DNA of 51,805 nt from Eubacteriales bacterium (GTDB lineage Bacteria > Bacillota > Clostridia > Oscillospirales > CAG-272): the NCBI GenBank assembly GCA_045653185.1, contig JAZOLQ010000040.1:1-51805 (forward strand), given 5' to 3'. The notes beneath the pieces were generated by a model. That model saw only the letters and a program-made list of their open reading frames with translations. It had not been told where the DNA came from and ran no database searches. This document shows, one piece after another, positions 36,357 through 45,995 of this stretch. Both the position numbers and the translations under genes were made by a program. Position 1 is the stretch's first letter; every line of letters begins with the position of its first letter.

Positions 36357-37424
36357 TTAAGCGTCAAGCTTCATATCTCCGTCCTTTACCCAACCGAGTT
36401 TTCTGAGTATCTCGTTAAAGATGATAGAGAGAACTGCGGGAAGAACGAAGCAGATAAGTACAAGGCCTACCCAGTTAAGAGCGGTTACCTCGTAGGGATA
36501 GCCGTTTTCGGGGGATATCCAACCGAGGATAAGTCCTATCGGTCCAAGCATTCCGCAAGTACCCATTCCCGAATTTATAGCCGCGCCGTACATCTTGAGG
36601 TCGAAAACGCAAACTGCGAGAGGACCTGTGATAGCGGATGCAAGTGTGGGAGCGATCCATATCTGCGGATGACGGATGATGTTGGGCATCTGAAGCATAC
36701 TTGTTCCGATTCCCTGAGAGAGAAGTCCGCCCCAGCGGTTTTCACGGAAGCTGATGACAGCAAAGCCAATCATCTGCGCGCAACAGCCAGCAACAGCAGC
36801 CGCGCCTGCGATTGCAAGACCCTCGGAGCTGCCCTGCGCAACAGCGCTTCCCGTAAGTACAAGTCCTGCGCAGATGGCCGCGCTCGATATCGGGAGAGTA
36901 AGACAAACTCCGATAACTACGGATACGATGATACCCGTTACAAGCGGAGCTTGGAGTGCCGCCCAGCCGATGAACTTGCTTATATATCCAACGAGCGTAC
37001 CGATGTGAGGTGCAACAAGAATAGAGAGCAGACCGCCTACAAGCACGGTAACGAAGGGAGTAACGATTATATCTACCTTTGTTTTCTTGGAGACGAGCAT
37101 GCCGACTTCAACTGCAACTATTGCGATAAAGAATACCGCAAGAGGTCCGCCGGCAGCGCCAAGCGCGTTAGCAGCGTATCCAACAGAGGCAGCAGAGAAG
37201 ATAACGAGAGGGTGAGATTTGAGCGAAAAGGCGATAGCGGCAGCCATTGCTGGACCTGCCATAGCCTGAGCGTATCCCCCGATAGTAGCCATAAATTCAA
37301 GCTTCGGTATCATACCGAGGGCTTTGAAGATAGTGCCGATGAGCAGTGAAGCAAACAGACCGAGAGCCATAGCGCCCATAGCATCAATAAAATAGCGTTT
37401 CAGATATTTTTTGACAGTTTCCAT
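36357..37424 (-). CDS. PTS EIIC_2-family membrane protein (orphan EIIC)
   Basis: ATG 37424 (METVKKYLKRYFIDAMGAMALGLFASLLIG) follows AAGGAG. About 10 TM segments, glycine-rich. The family is assigned from memory of PF13303-type proteins. No EIIA, EIIB or HPr gene lies nearby. Confidence 0.6.
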   Translation of the reverse strand: METVKKYLKRYFIDAMGAMALGLFASLLIGTIFKALGMIPKLEFMATIGGYAQAMAGPAMAAAIAFSLKSHPLVIFSAASVGYAANALGAAGGPLAVFFIAIVAVEVGMLVSKKTKVDIIVTPFVTVLVGGLLSILVAPHIGTLVGYISKFIGWAALQAPLVTGIIVSVVIGVCLTLPISSAAICAGLVLTGSAVAQGSSEGLAIAGAAAVAGCCAQMIGFAVISFRENRWGGLLSQGIGTSMLQMPNIIRHPQIWIAPTLASAITGPLAVCVFDLKMYGAAINSGMGTCGMLGPIGLILGWISPENGYPYEVTALNWVGLVLICFVLPAVLSIIFNEILRKLGWVKDGDMKLDA

Positions 37425-37492
37425 TTTTTTCTCCTTTTTTCTTTCGACTTTCTTTCGACAAAATACGGAAGATTGTTTATTATTTGTCAAAT

Positions 37493-37521
37493 ATTTTATC
37501 ACAATAAAGTGATGAATTCAA
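37493..37521 (-). promoter_or_regulatory. promoter of the EIIC_2 gene
   Basis: On the minus strand: TTGAAT (37521-37516), 17-nt spacer, TAAAAT (37498-37493), with a TGn extended -10. Confidence 0.5.
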
Positions 37522-37591
37522 GTGAAAAAGACTATATAATTTGGGATTTTTTTTGATAATTTTTTTGGCAATATATACAAAAAACAAGAAA

Positions 37592-39481
37592 TCAGAGTAA
37601 AAGCACCGAGAGCGCGGATATTAGCATACATAAAATTATTCCTATCACTGTGGGAAGAATGGCGGCAAGAAAAGTCCAAGCAACAGAGCCCGACTCTTTT
37701 TTTATCGTGATAAGAGTTGTAGAGCAGGGGAAATGGCACAGCATAAATATTATTGTCGAGAGGGCTGTTACAGCTGTCCAGCCGTTAGCTCGCAAAATGT
37801 TTCCAAGCTCAGAGATAGAGCCGTAATCTATGAGTGTACCCGACGCGGAATATGACATAAGGATTATGGGAATAACTATCTCATTTGCGGGGAGCGCGAG
37901 AATGAAGGCAAAAAGTATAGTGCCGTCAAGCCCCATAAGAGAAGCAAATGGGTCAATAAAATCGGTACAATGAAGAAGCAGAGTCTTTCCGTTTACACTA
38001 AGATTTGCGAATATCCATATAAGAGCTCCCGCGGGAGCGGCAACTGCCGCGGCTCTGCCGAGAACGTGCACAGTCCTGTCGAGTATAGAACGGATTATAA
38101 GCTTTCCCACCTGCGGCGCGCGATAGGGAGGAAGCTCAAGTGTAAACGAGGACGGTGTTCCACGCAAAAGAGTTGAGGAAAGAAGCTTTGAGACAGCAAA
38201 GGTAAGCAGTATCCCAAAAATTATCACGGCTGCGAGAAGAAGAGCCGATATCATTGAGCCGCCGATACCGCTTGCGGTTATAAAAAATATCGAGATAAGC
38301 GCTATTATAGTGGGAAATCTTCCATTACAGGGGACGAATACGTTTGTCAGCATTGCAATAATGCGTTCTCGTCTTGAATCTATTATTCTGCACCCCACGA
38401 CTCCCGCCGCGTTGCATCCAAAGCCCATGCACATAGTAAGCGCCTGTTTTCCGCAGGCGTCGCATTTTTTGAAGCATCTATCAAGATTGAAAGCTACGCG
38501 CGGAAGATATCCAAGGTCCTCAAGCAGAGTAAAAAGCGGAAAAAATATCGCCATAGGCGGAAGCATTACGGCGACCACCCAAGCAAGAGTTCTCCATACG
38601 CCGAGAACCAAAAGCTCGCGAAGCCATATCGGAGCGCCTATATATACCATAAATCGCATAAGTATATCCTGTATATAAAAAGCTCCGCGCGCAAGGAGAG
38701 CCGAGGGATAATTTGCGCCCTCTATCGTGAGCCAGAAGATGAGCGTGAGTAAAATAAACATTATTGGAAAAGCTGTTATTTTTCCGCAAAGCAGTCGGTC
38801 AATCTTTCTGTCGCGAAGCTCTCTTTTTGTCGGCACTTTTACAATGCAAGTCTTTGCTATCTCCTCGGCTTTCTTTATAAGCTCGGTATCTTCATAAAGC
38901 ACAGTGTCTCGCTTTTTTATCTCCTTTGCCGAGGCGAAAAGACGGGCGGCGTCCTCAATCCCTCTCTTGCTTCTTGCCGACATTGATATCACGGGGACAC
39001 CCAGCATATCCCCCAATATATCGGTATCGACCGATATGCCTTTTTTCTGCGCCTCGTCTATAAGGTTTATGCAAACTATAACGGAGGCAGAGACACTTAG
39101 CGTCTGTAATACAAGAATAAGGTTTCGCTCAAGGGTAGTGGCATCGCATACTATTGCCACTGAGTCGGGAATAGATGAGCATATAATATCCCGCGCGACC
39201 TCCTCCTCAGCAGAGTGAGGAGAGAGAGAATAAGTACCCGGAAGGTCGATTATACGTATTTCTTTTTTCTCATATCTGCACACACCTTCCGCAAATCCAA
39301 CGGTCTTTCCGCTCCAGTTTCCCGTATGCTGTCTCATTCCCGTAAGCTCGTTGAAAAGTGTGCTTTTTCCCACGTTTGGATTGCCCGCAAGCGCTATTAT
39401 TATCTCGTCCTCGCTCTTTCGCAAAATGGTGTCGGACGAGTCCTTGAGAGAGCGTCCCGTTGAGCTGTTAGTAAGTCCCAT
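37592..39481 (-). CDS. feoB: ferrous iron transporter FeoB
   Basis: G-domain GNPNVGKSTLFN plus a polytopic C-terminal domain. ATG 39481 follows GGAGAG, directly after the feoA stop. Confidence 0.93.
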   Translation of the reverse strand: MGLTNSSTGRSLKDSSDTILRKSEDEIIIALAGNPNVGKSTLFNELTGMRQHTGNWSGKTVGFAEGVCRYEKKEIRIIDLPGTYSLSPHSAEEEVARDIICSSIPDSVAIVCDATTLERNLILVLQTLSVSASVIVCINLIDEAQKKGISVDTDILGDMLGVPVISMSARSKRGIEDAARLFASAKEIKKRDTVLYEDTELIKKAEEIAKTCIVKVPTKRELRDRKIDRLLCGKITAFPIMFILLTLIFWLTIEGANYPSALLARGAFYIQDILMRFMVYIGAPIWLRELLVLGVWRTLAWVVAVMLPPMAIFFPLFTLLEDLGYLPRVAFNLDRCFKKCDACGKQALTMCMGFGCNAAGVVGCRIIDSRRERIIAMLTNVFVPCNGRFPTIIALISIFFITASGIGGSMISALLLAAVIIFGILLTFAVSKLLSSTLLRGTPSSFTLELPPYRAPQVGKLIIRSILDRTVHVLGRAAAVAAPAGALIWIFANLSVNGKTLLLHCTDFIDPFASLMGLDGTILFAFILALPANEIVIPIILMSYSASGTLIDYGSISELGNILRANGWTAVTALSTIIFMLCHFPCSTTLITIKKESGSVAWTFLAAILPTVIGIILCMLISALSVLLL

Positions 39482-39482
39482 T

Positions 39483-39734
39483 TCACTCTCCTCCTTCCGA
39501 GATGAGCTTGACAAGGATATTTGCCGAATCCTCGCTTCTAAGCGCTATAACAGCCTCCCTGAAAAGATAAGCGACAGGGTCGCCCAATGGGCTTTTCATT
39601 ACACAGCGTATTTTGGTGTCGGGAACTATTCCAAGATCATAAAGGCGCTCCTTCATAGCACCTTCGGCATCTACACTTACGACCGTGGCAAGCTGATCTC
39701 GCTTCATCATATCAAGTGTTATATATTCAGTCAT
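39483..39734 (-). CDS. feoA: FeoA-family protein
   Basis: 83-aa SH3-like FeoA pattern (LGIVPDTKIRCVMKSPLGDPVAY). Confidence 0.9.
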   Translation of the reverse strand: MTEYITLDMMKRDQLATVVSVDAEGAMKERLYDLGIVPDTKIRCVMKSPLGDPVAYLFREAVIALRSEDSANILVKLISEGGE

Positions 39735-39826
39735 AAAATAAACTCCGTTTCAAATAGGTTCACTAAAGAATATATGGTGCGTGTCGTAATAGGGTGAATT
39801 TGGTTGAAAAATATTTTGGATGCTTA

Positions 39827-39855
39827 TTGAAATCCGGTGAATTTTTTGCTATAAT
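39827..39855 (+). promoter_or_regulatory. promoter of the AAC(3)-family gene
   Basis: TTGAAA (39827-39832), 17-nt spacer, TATAAT (39850-39855). Confidence 0.65.
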
Positions 39856-39889
39856 TGAATAGTTATATATCGGACGTTTGGGGGAGAAT

Positions 39890-40690
39890 ATGTATACTAA
39901 GGAATTTATTATAGAACAGATAAGGGCCATGGGCGCGCCTCGCAACAGTACCGTGATAGTCCATACCTCCTTACGCGCCGTCGGAGAGGTAGAGGGCAGA
40001 GGAGAGGGACTTCTTGACGCTCTTATAGAATATTTTACCGCCGAAGGCGGACTTTTGTGCTTTCCTACGCATACATGGGATAATATGGGCACGCCGAGGA
40101 TAACGCTTGATATGACACTCGCCGAGAGCTGTATCGGCGCAATGCCGCGCATAGCAGCCGCAGACCCGAGGGGCGTGCGCTCGGCAAATCCAACACATTC
40201 GATGATGGTGTTTGGAGACAGAGACACGGCAGAGGAGTTTGTGAGCGGAGAGGAGGCTGTCCTGACGCCAACGTCTCCTGACGGTTGCTACGGCAAGATA
40301 TACGACAGAGACGGATACGTTTTGCTTATAGGTGTAGGACACGATAAGAATACCTTTATACACTGTATCGAAGAAATGATCGGTATAACCAATAGAATAG
40401 ACCCCGAGGGAACAGCGGTTTCGGTGAAATATAAAGACGGAGAGATAAAAAATAGGGTAGTGAATTCCTTCAACGAAAAGCTGAACGGTGACGTATCCAA
40501 ATTTTTTGGAAAATATGAGGCTGCCTTCAGATATCACGGCTGTGTTGTTGACGGCTTTGTCGGTAGCGCGCCCGCACAGTTGTGCTCGGCACGAAAGCTA
40601 AAAGAAGTCGTTGAACTCGTACGCAAAAGGAGCGGAGGGATCGAGCTTTTGCACGATGACCGTCCGCTTGATGAAAAATGGTATAAGTAA
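39890..40690 (+). CDS. AAC(3)-family aminoglycoside N-acetyltransferase homolog
   Basis: VIVHTSLRAVG..., FPTHTW, and the GVGHDKNTFIHCIEE pattern of the Antibiotic_NAT family. ATG 39890 follows GGGGGAG. Confidence 0.8.
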   Translation: MYTKEFIIEQIRAMGAPRNSTVIVHTSLRAVGEVEGRGEGLLDALIEYFTAEGGLLCFPTHTWDNMGTPRITLDMTLAESCIGAMPRIAAADPRGVRSANPTHSMMVFGDRDTAEEFVSGEEAVLTPTSPDGCYGKIYDRDGYVLLIGVGHDKNTFIHCIEEMIGITNRIDPEGTAVSVKYKDGEIKNRVVNSFNEKLNGDVSKFFGKYEAAFRYHGCVVDGFVGSAPAQLCSARKLKEVVELVRKRSGGIELLHDDRPLDEKWYK

Positions 40691-40718
40691 TATTTTGATA
40701 ATGTTTTAAAATGAATAT

Positions 40719-40760
40719 GAAGAGGGTGTCTCAAATTCACATTTGAGACACCCTCTTTTG
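40719..40760. terminator. bidirectional terminator
   Basis: aagagggtgtctcaaat/atttgagacaccctctt 17-bp stem. Confidence 0.85.
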
Positions 40761-40819
40761 TTTGGATTTTTTAATCTTTTTTCGGACTTTTTCGGTCTTG
40801 GCGAATATGACATTTCTAT

Positions 40820-41377
40820 TTAAGTTTCGAGTTGTTTTCCAAGAAATCCCGCGGCGGTCATAACAAGCTTTGATTCTATATCTACGCCAAAGCTTTCTCG
40901 GTACTTGTCGCTATCTCCCTCGCAAAGAGATGCCACGCAGCCGATAACGTCGCCCTCGCTGATTATCGGCATAGCGCAGCTGATAAAGTGACTGCTTGCA
41001 TCCGAAAGAGCAGGGAGGCGCTCCGAGCCGTCGCGCCACACGTAAACACTTCTGCCCTCGATGATATTTTCCATAGCGTCGGATAAACGCTTGTCACCGT
41101 ATTCCTTTTTTGATACACCCGAGCAGGCGATAACTGCGTCCCTGTCGGTAATTATGACCGACATATTGCAGGTCTTGTGAAGTGTTTCGGCATATTGCGA
41201 GGCAAACGATGCAAGCTCTCCAATGGGAGAGTATTTTTTGAATATTACCTCGCCTTCTCTGTCAGTGTATATCTCCAACGGGTCACCCTCGCGGATCCTC
41301 ATAGTTCTTCTTATTTCCTTGGGAATGACAACTCTCCCGAGGTCGTCGATTCTCCTTACTATTCCTGTTGCTTTCAT
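40820..41377 (-). CDS. spoVT: stage V sporulation protein T (AbrB-family regulator)
   Basis: MKATGIVRRIDDLGRVVIPKEIRRTMRIREGDPLEIY SpoVT/AbrB N-domain plus a GAF-like C-domain. I chose ATG 41377. Confidence 0.9.
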   Translation of the reverse strand: MKATGIVRRIDDLGRVVIPKEIRRTMRIREGDPLEIYTDREGEVIFKKYSPIGELASFASQYAETLHKTCNMSVIITDRDAVIACSGVSKKEYGDKRLSDAMENIIEGRSVYVWRDGSERLPALSDASSHFISCAMPIISEGDVIGCVASLCEGDSDKYRESFGVDIESKLVMTAAGFLGKQLET

Positions 41378-41507
41378 ATATAAAAATCTCCTTGATTTAC
41401 AGATTTGTACTGTTAGTATCTGCAAAATGAGGGGATTTATACTTTGTGATCGTTTTTTTATAATATTGTATGCTCGCAATTTTACAACGATGATTTTCAA
41501 GAAAAAT

Positions 41508-41544
41508 CGGACACGTCATACTTGAGAGTTCTATGACGTGTCCG
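41508..41544 (-). terminator. terminator after the GT-C-like gene
   Basis: cggacacgtcata/tatgacgtgtccg 13-bp stem, with a U-tract on the minus strand. Confidence 0.75.
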
Positions 41545-41568
41545 AACTTTTATTTCTTTGTAGTGAAT

Positions 41569-43428
41569 TTAGGGAAGAAGCCAAACGGTTACAGTGTATC
41601 CGGGGGAAATATCGTAGCTTGCTTTTGCGATATATCCTTCCTCCACGTAAAATTCTTTGAGAAATTCTTGCATTTCATTAAGGCCGCTCTTCTCGCCCTG
41701 ACGGAAGGAGGCTTCATGAGGCCCGATAACTCCGTCGCTTATCGAAGATGCGATAATTGCCTTAGGTTTTTTCTGACGAATTACCTCGATATCGTCCAGC
41801 ACCGCCTTATCGGTTGAAATGTCAAACCACTGAAGAGCCGTGTTGGTCGCTTTCGGGCGGTCGCACATCAGATACAAGATCGGCATGTGAGGGAATACGA
41901 AGATCTCTTCACCCTCCTGGGTATGCGCCTGTACCTCGTTTACTACACCTGTATACATATCCGCGTAAACTTTGTTCATGCGTATTCCGCGAAGCAGGGG
42001 AATATCAACGGTTTCGGTCTGTTCCGAGACAGAGCCTACCTGAAGTCCCCACCAGCTGTATATTACACGCGATTTTCTTTCAAATCCAAGGAAGGCATGA
42101 AGAACCATCAATGCAGCCAATAAAAGAGCAACAAGCTCTTTCTTGCGGAATTGCAATACGGGAAGGAAGAGCATTGCTACAAGAGGATATCCCAAGGCAA
42201 TCTGGCTTTCTGCCAATCCGCCCGAGGTACATACTGAATATGCCAGTATAAATACAGCGCCTGTAAAGAAGCACATTATCGCAGCATCTCTGTGAGGCTC
42301 TTTCTTTTTGACTCTTGCAACGATCATACTGATAGAAATGATAGCAAAGAGAGACATGGCAACGATAAATGCCGTAAAGGGTTTTTGCTGTCCAAAAAGA
42401 GACCATTTGTTGTAATTGATCATTGACAAAACGATCATTACTACAACAAGGAGTGCAAACAATGCGAGCCAAATAGGCGGCTTTATGTCTTTTTCGTTCT
42501 CACGGCGAGGGAAACGACGAGAAAGGAAGCGGAAGAGCAACCAAAGTCCGCCCATCGCAATCATAACACCAATGGCGTATACGATCAAAATCGGACCGCC
42601 GCGGACCAAAAATCCGAAAAGAACCATTATAAGACTTCCACCCTTTGCAGCCGTGGCAGCCTTGAAGTTATAGTAGATATAATTGGAAAATGCGCCGTTT
42701 ATCAAGAGAAGAAGGAACATAATTCCATACATCACTGCAATCACCGATACCGAAGCAGCCAGTGCCTTTGCGTAACTCTTGCGATTTGGAAGCACGATGA
42801 TAGCGAAGACAAAAAAGATCAAACAGAACAGGAGATAGATAAGTCCCGAGCTCTGCTTAAACATACTTGCAAATACGGCAAACATAATGCCCAGCAAAAG
42901 CATAGGATCAAAGAAGGAAAAGCGTTCGCTTTTTTCGATACGGTCTACCGCGCAGATCAAGAAATAGATCGACGCATAAACCGCGAGGTCCATAAATCGA
43001 ATATAGTCGTAAAAGACTTGTACTATCTCACTTTGAAGTATCGATACCGCAAGAATTCCCGCAATGACAGAAAAGATGGGCTTGCGCGTAAGCTTCTCAA
43101 AAATCAAAAAAGCAAAGAGTCCGGTCAATGCGTATATAACAACGCCAAGGAGTCGCAGAGCAATGATCGAATATCCGAAGATCGCGGTAAAGCCTGCGAT
43201 CAAGTAGGTATACAGCGGAGGGAACAAGAGCTCAAAATCCACGTATGGGATAGCGCCTTGCTCGTTGATCAAATAGGCGTAATAGGAGTACCAGCCCTCT
43301 GCGGGAGGCATTCCTTTAGTGGACAGAAAGCCTGCGTATATAGTGCAGCAGAGCACTACGATGAGTGCGCCGATCCACTTGTGCTTTTTCTGCAGAAAAG
43401 AGAGTTCTCCCCATTCTTTGGTTATCAT
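41569..43428 (-). CDS. polytopic membrane protein, GT39/ArnT-like glycosyltransferase candidate with a C-terminal soluble domain
   Basis: 619 aa, about 12 TM helices, and a first loop with acidic residues (INEQGAIPYVDFELLFPP). The C-terminal ~170 aa are soluble. AAGGAGG RBS. Confidence 0.55.
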   Translation of the reverse strand: MITKEWGELSFLQKKHKWIGALIVVLCCTIYAGFLSTKGMPPAEGWYSYYAYLINEQGAIPYVDFELLFPPLYTYLIAGFTAIFGYSIIALRLLGVVIYALTGLFAFLIFEKLTRKPIFSVIAGILAVSILQSEIVQVFYDYIRFMDLAVYASIYFLICAVDRIEKSERFSFFDPMLLLGIMFAVFASMFKQSSGLIYLLFCLIFFVFAIIVLPNRKSYAKALAASVSVIAVMYGIMFLLLLINGAFSNYIYYNFKAATAAKGGSLIMVLFGFLVRGGPILIVYAIGVMIAMGGLWLLFRFLSRRFPRRENEKDIKPPIWLALFALLVVVMIVLSMINYNKWSLFGQQKPFTAFIVAMSLFAIISISMIVARVKKKEPHRDAAIMCFFTGAVFILAYSVCTSGGLAESQIALGYPLVAMLFLPVLQFRKKELVALLLAALMVLHAFLGFERKSRVIYSWWGLQVGSVSEQTETVDIPLLRGIRMNKVYADMYTGVVNEVQAHTQEGEEIFVFPHMPILYLMCDRPKATNTALQWFDISTDKAVLDDIEVIRQKKPKAIIASSISDGVIGPHEASFRQGEKSGLNEMQEFLKEFYVEEGYIAKASYDISPGYTVTVWLLP

Positions 43429-43637
43429 AAGTCCTCCTTATATTAAAGCATTCATTATCGTTTTTTTAGTCGACAAATATCGTAATTCTCCTGTCTAGTA
43501 TATCACGGATTTGTTTTTTTGTCAACAGTTCTGCGTTTCTTAGTTTGTAAACATTTTAAAAAGGAAATTCCCGAAGGTCAGGAAATTTATAAGCTTTGCG
43601 TTCTGATAATTTGAAAATATATTTTATCAAAAATCTA

Positions 43638-43667
43638 TTGCAATATAGTGTACATTTGTGATATAAT
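43638..43667 (+). promoter_or_regulatory. metY-metA promoter
   Basis: TTGCAA (43638-43643), 18-nt spacer, TATAAT (43662-43667). Confidence 0.5.
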
Positions 43668-43707
43668 ATTCTGTATAAAAATTCTGTACAGCAAAAATGG
43701 AGGTTTT

Positions 43708-44994
43708 ATGTCAAATTACAAAATAGAAACGAAATGCATTCAGTCGGGATACACTCCCGCTAACGGAGAGCCCCGTGTTCTGCCGATATGCCAGAGTACT
43801 ACTTATAAATACGACAGCGCAGACCATCTTGGAGACCTTTTTGATCTTAAAGCGCCGGGACATATGTATTCGCGTATTTCCAATCCCACAGTTGACGCCG
43901 TTGAGAAAAAGATAGCAGATCTTGAGGGCGGCACAGGAGCTGTGCTTTGCTCGTCGGGTCAGGCGGCAAACACACTTGCAATACTTAACATCACCTCTGC
44001 AGGACAGAACATAGTAAGCATGTCCTCTATATACGGCGGCACAGTTAATCTTTTTGCGGTTACGCTCAAGCGTCTTGGCATTGAGGTTAGATTTGCTACT
44101 CCCGAGATGAGCGACGAAGAGGTGTCGGCGCTTTTCGATGAAAACACAAGACTTTTCTTCGGAGAGACGATAGCAAATCCCGCTCTTGTCGTATTTGACT
44201 TTGAAAGATACGCAAAGATAGCTCACGACCACGGAGTTCCGCTTTTCGTTGACAATACCTTTGCAACTCCTTTCCTCTGCCGTCCTTTTGAGCACGGCGC
44301 GGATGTAGTTATACATTCCACCACAAAATATATGGACGGGCATGCGCAGGTCGTTGGCGGCGTTATAGTTGACGGCGGAAAATTCGACTGGAGAGCAGGC
44401 AACAAATATCCCGAGCTTACCACGCCCGACGCTTCTTATCACGGTGTTATATACACCGAGGCGTTCGGACTTGAGAACGCATTCTATACCAAGGCAAGAG
44501 TTCAGCTTGTACGCGACTTCGGCGTGGCTCTTACACCTATGTCGGCATATCTCCTTAATATAGGTCTTGAAACTCTTACGCTTCGTATGGAGAGACATTG
44601 CTACAATGCTCAGAAGGTTGCCGAGTTCCTCGCACAGCATGATATGGTCAGCTGGGTAAGCTATCCCAAGCTCAAGGGAGACAAGCAGTATGCCCTTGCC
44701 CAGAAGTATCTTCCCGACGGAGCTTGCGGCGTCGTTTCGTTTGGCGTCAAGGGCGGACGTGAGGCAGCAGTTAAGTTTATGGATAGCCTCAAGCTTGCCG
44801 CTATCGTAGTTCACGTAGCCGACGCGAGAACCTCTGTACTTCACCCCGCAAGCACGACACACCGTCAGCTTACCGACGAGCAGCTTATCGACGCAGGCAT
44901 TTCTGCAGACCTTGTAAGACTTTCTGTCGGAATTGAAAATGTTGACGATATAATAGCAGACCTTTCACAAGCGCTTGAGGCTGCAAAGGGCTGA
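43708..44994 (+). CDS. metY: O-acetylhomoserine sulfhydrylase
   Basis: ATG 43708 follows GGAGG. Cys/Met-metabolism PLP enzyme with the STTKYMDGH PLP-lysine motif. Confidence 0.9.
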   Translation: MSNYKIETKCIQSGYTPANGEPRVLPICQSTTYKYDSADHLGDLFDLKAPGHMYSRISNPTVDAVEKKIADLEGGTGAVLCSSGQAANTLAILNITSAGQNIVSMSSIYGGTVNLFAVTLKRLGIEVRFATPEMSDEEVSALFDENTRLFFGETIANPALVVFDFERYAKIAHDHGVPLFVDNTFATPFLCRPFEHGADVVIHSTTKYMDGHAQVVGGVIVDGGKFDWRAGNKYPELTTPDASYHGVIYTEAFGLENAFYTKARVQLVRDFGVALTPMSAYLLNIGLETLTLRMERHCYNAQKVAEFLAQHDMVSWVSYPKLKGDKQYALAQKYLPDGACGVVSFGVKGGREAAVKFMDSLKLAAIVVHVADARTSVLHPASTTHRQLTDEQLIDAGISADLVRLSVGIENVDDIIADLSQALEAAKG

Positions 44995-45022
44995 GAATAA
45001 ATTTTATTTTAAGAGGTAAACT

Positions 45023-45940
45023 ATGCCTATAAAAATCCCCAATCTTCTTCCCGCTACAAACGTTTTGCTTAACGAAAATATATTCGTTATTTCAGAAACG
45101 AGAGCGATAACACAGGATATACGTCCGCTTAAGATACTTATGCTAAATCTTATGCCGAAGAAGATAGAGACTGAAACACAGATAGCAAGACTTATCGGTA
45201 ACACTCCGCTTCAAGTCGAGCTTGAGCTTTTGCAGACGGCAACTCACAAATCAAAGCACACTTCCGCAGAGCATATGTTGGCGTTTTATAAGACCTTTGA
45301 TGAGGTCCGCGCAAACAAATACGACGGACTTATCATAACGGGCGCGCCCGTTGAGCAGATCGAGTTTGAAGAGGTCGAGTATTGGCAAGAGCTTTGCGAG
45401 ATAATGGAGTGGAGCAAAACCCATGTCACAAGCACCTTCCACATCTGTTGGGGCGCACAGGCAGGTCTTTATTATCATTACGGAATAAAAAAATATCCGC
45501 TTGAAAAGAAGCTTTTCGGAGTTTTCGAGCATCATCTCGATCACAAGCATTCAATACTTTTCAGAGGCTTCGACGATAGCTTCGTAGTACCTCATTCAAG
45601 GCATACCACCTGTCGCAGAGAGGATATTGAGGCTGTGCCCGAGCTTAAGATACTTTCGAGCTCTGAGGAAGCGGGAATATTTGTGGTCGCTACCGATAAA
45701 GGCAGACAGATATTCGTCACGGGACATTCGGAGTACGACGCAAACACACTTAAGAATGAGTATCTGCGAGACAAGAATGCGGGACTTCCGATAGAAGTGC
45801 CTAAAAATTATTTTCCCGACGACGATGATACCAAAGAGCCCATAGTGCGTTGGAGAAGCTGCGCAAATCTGCTTTATTCAAACTGGCTCAATTACTTTGT
45901 ATATCAGACGACGCCTTATAATATAGACGAAATAGAATAA
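45023..45940 (+). CDS. metA: homoserine O-acyltransferase (MetA family)
   Basis: [12 protein letters not shown]-terminus, LNLMP, and the catalytic-Cys region FHICWGAQA. Confidence 0.93.
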   Translation: MPIKIPNLLPATNVLLNENIFVISETRAITQDIRPLKILMLNLMPKKIETETQIARLIGNTPLQVELELLQTATHKSKHTSAEHMLAFYKTFDEVRANKYDGLIITGAPVEQIEFEEVEYWQELCEIMEWSKTHVTSTFHICWGAQAGLYYHYGIKKYPLEKKLFGVFEHHLDHKHSILFRGFDDSFVVPHSRHTTCRREDIEAVPELKILSSSEEAGIFVVATDKGRQIFVTGHSEYDANTLKNEYLRDKNAGLPIEVPKNYFPDDDDTKEPIVRWRSCANLLYSNWLNYFVYQTTPYNIDEIE

Positions 45941-45956
45941 AGGCAATATTTAACTT

Positions 45957-45995
45957 GAGGGTTGCTTCACTTATTTTGTGAAGCAACCCTTTTAT
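45957..45995. terminator. bidirectional terminator
   Basis: gagggttgcttcac/gtgaagcaaccct stem. Confidence 0.8.

Noticed and set aside
36273-37349. A 358-aa plus-strand ORF.
   Set aside because: It is entirely antisense to the well-supported EIIC_2 membrane-protein gene. The translation is Arg/Ser/Cys/Asp-rich and low in complexity, with no RBS or motif. This is a typical shadow ORF.
39735-39877. A possible Fur box in the feoA upstream region (ATAACTATTCAATTATAGC).
   Set aside because: It is only a weak, imperfect palindrome with poor agreement to the 19-bp Fur consensus. It also overlaps the -10 region of the divergent AAC(3) promoter.
43711-44862. A 383-aa minus-strand ORF.
   Set aside because: It is antisense to metY, which has clear PLP-enzyme motifs. 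The composition is Cys/Arg/Lys-rich with no domain signature, so it is a shadow ORF.
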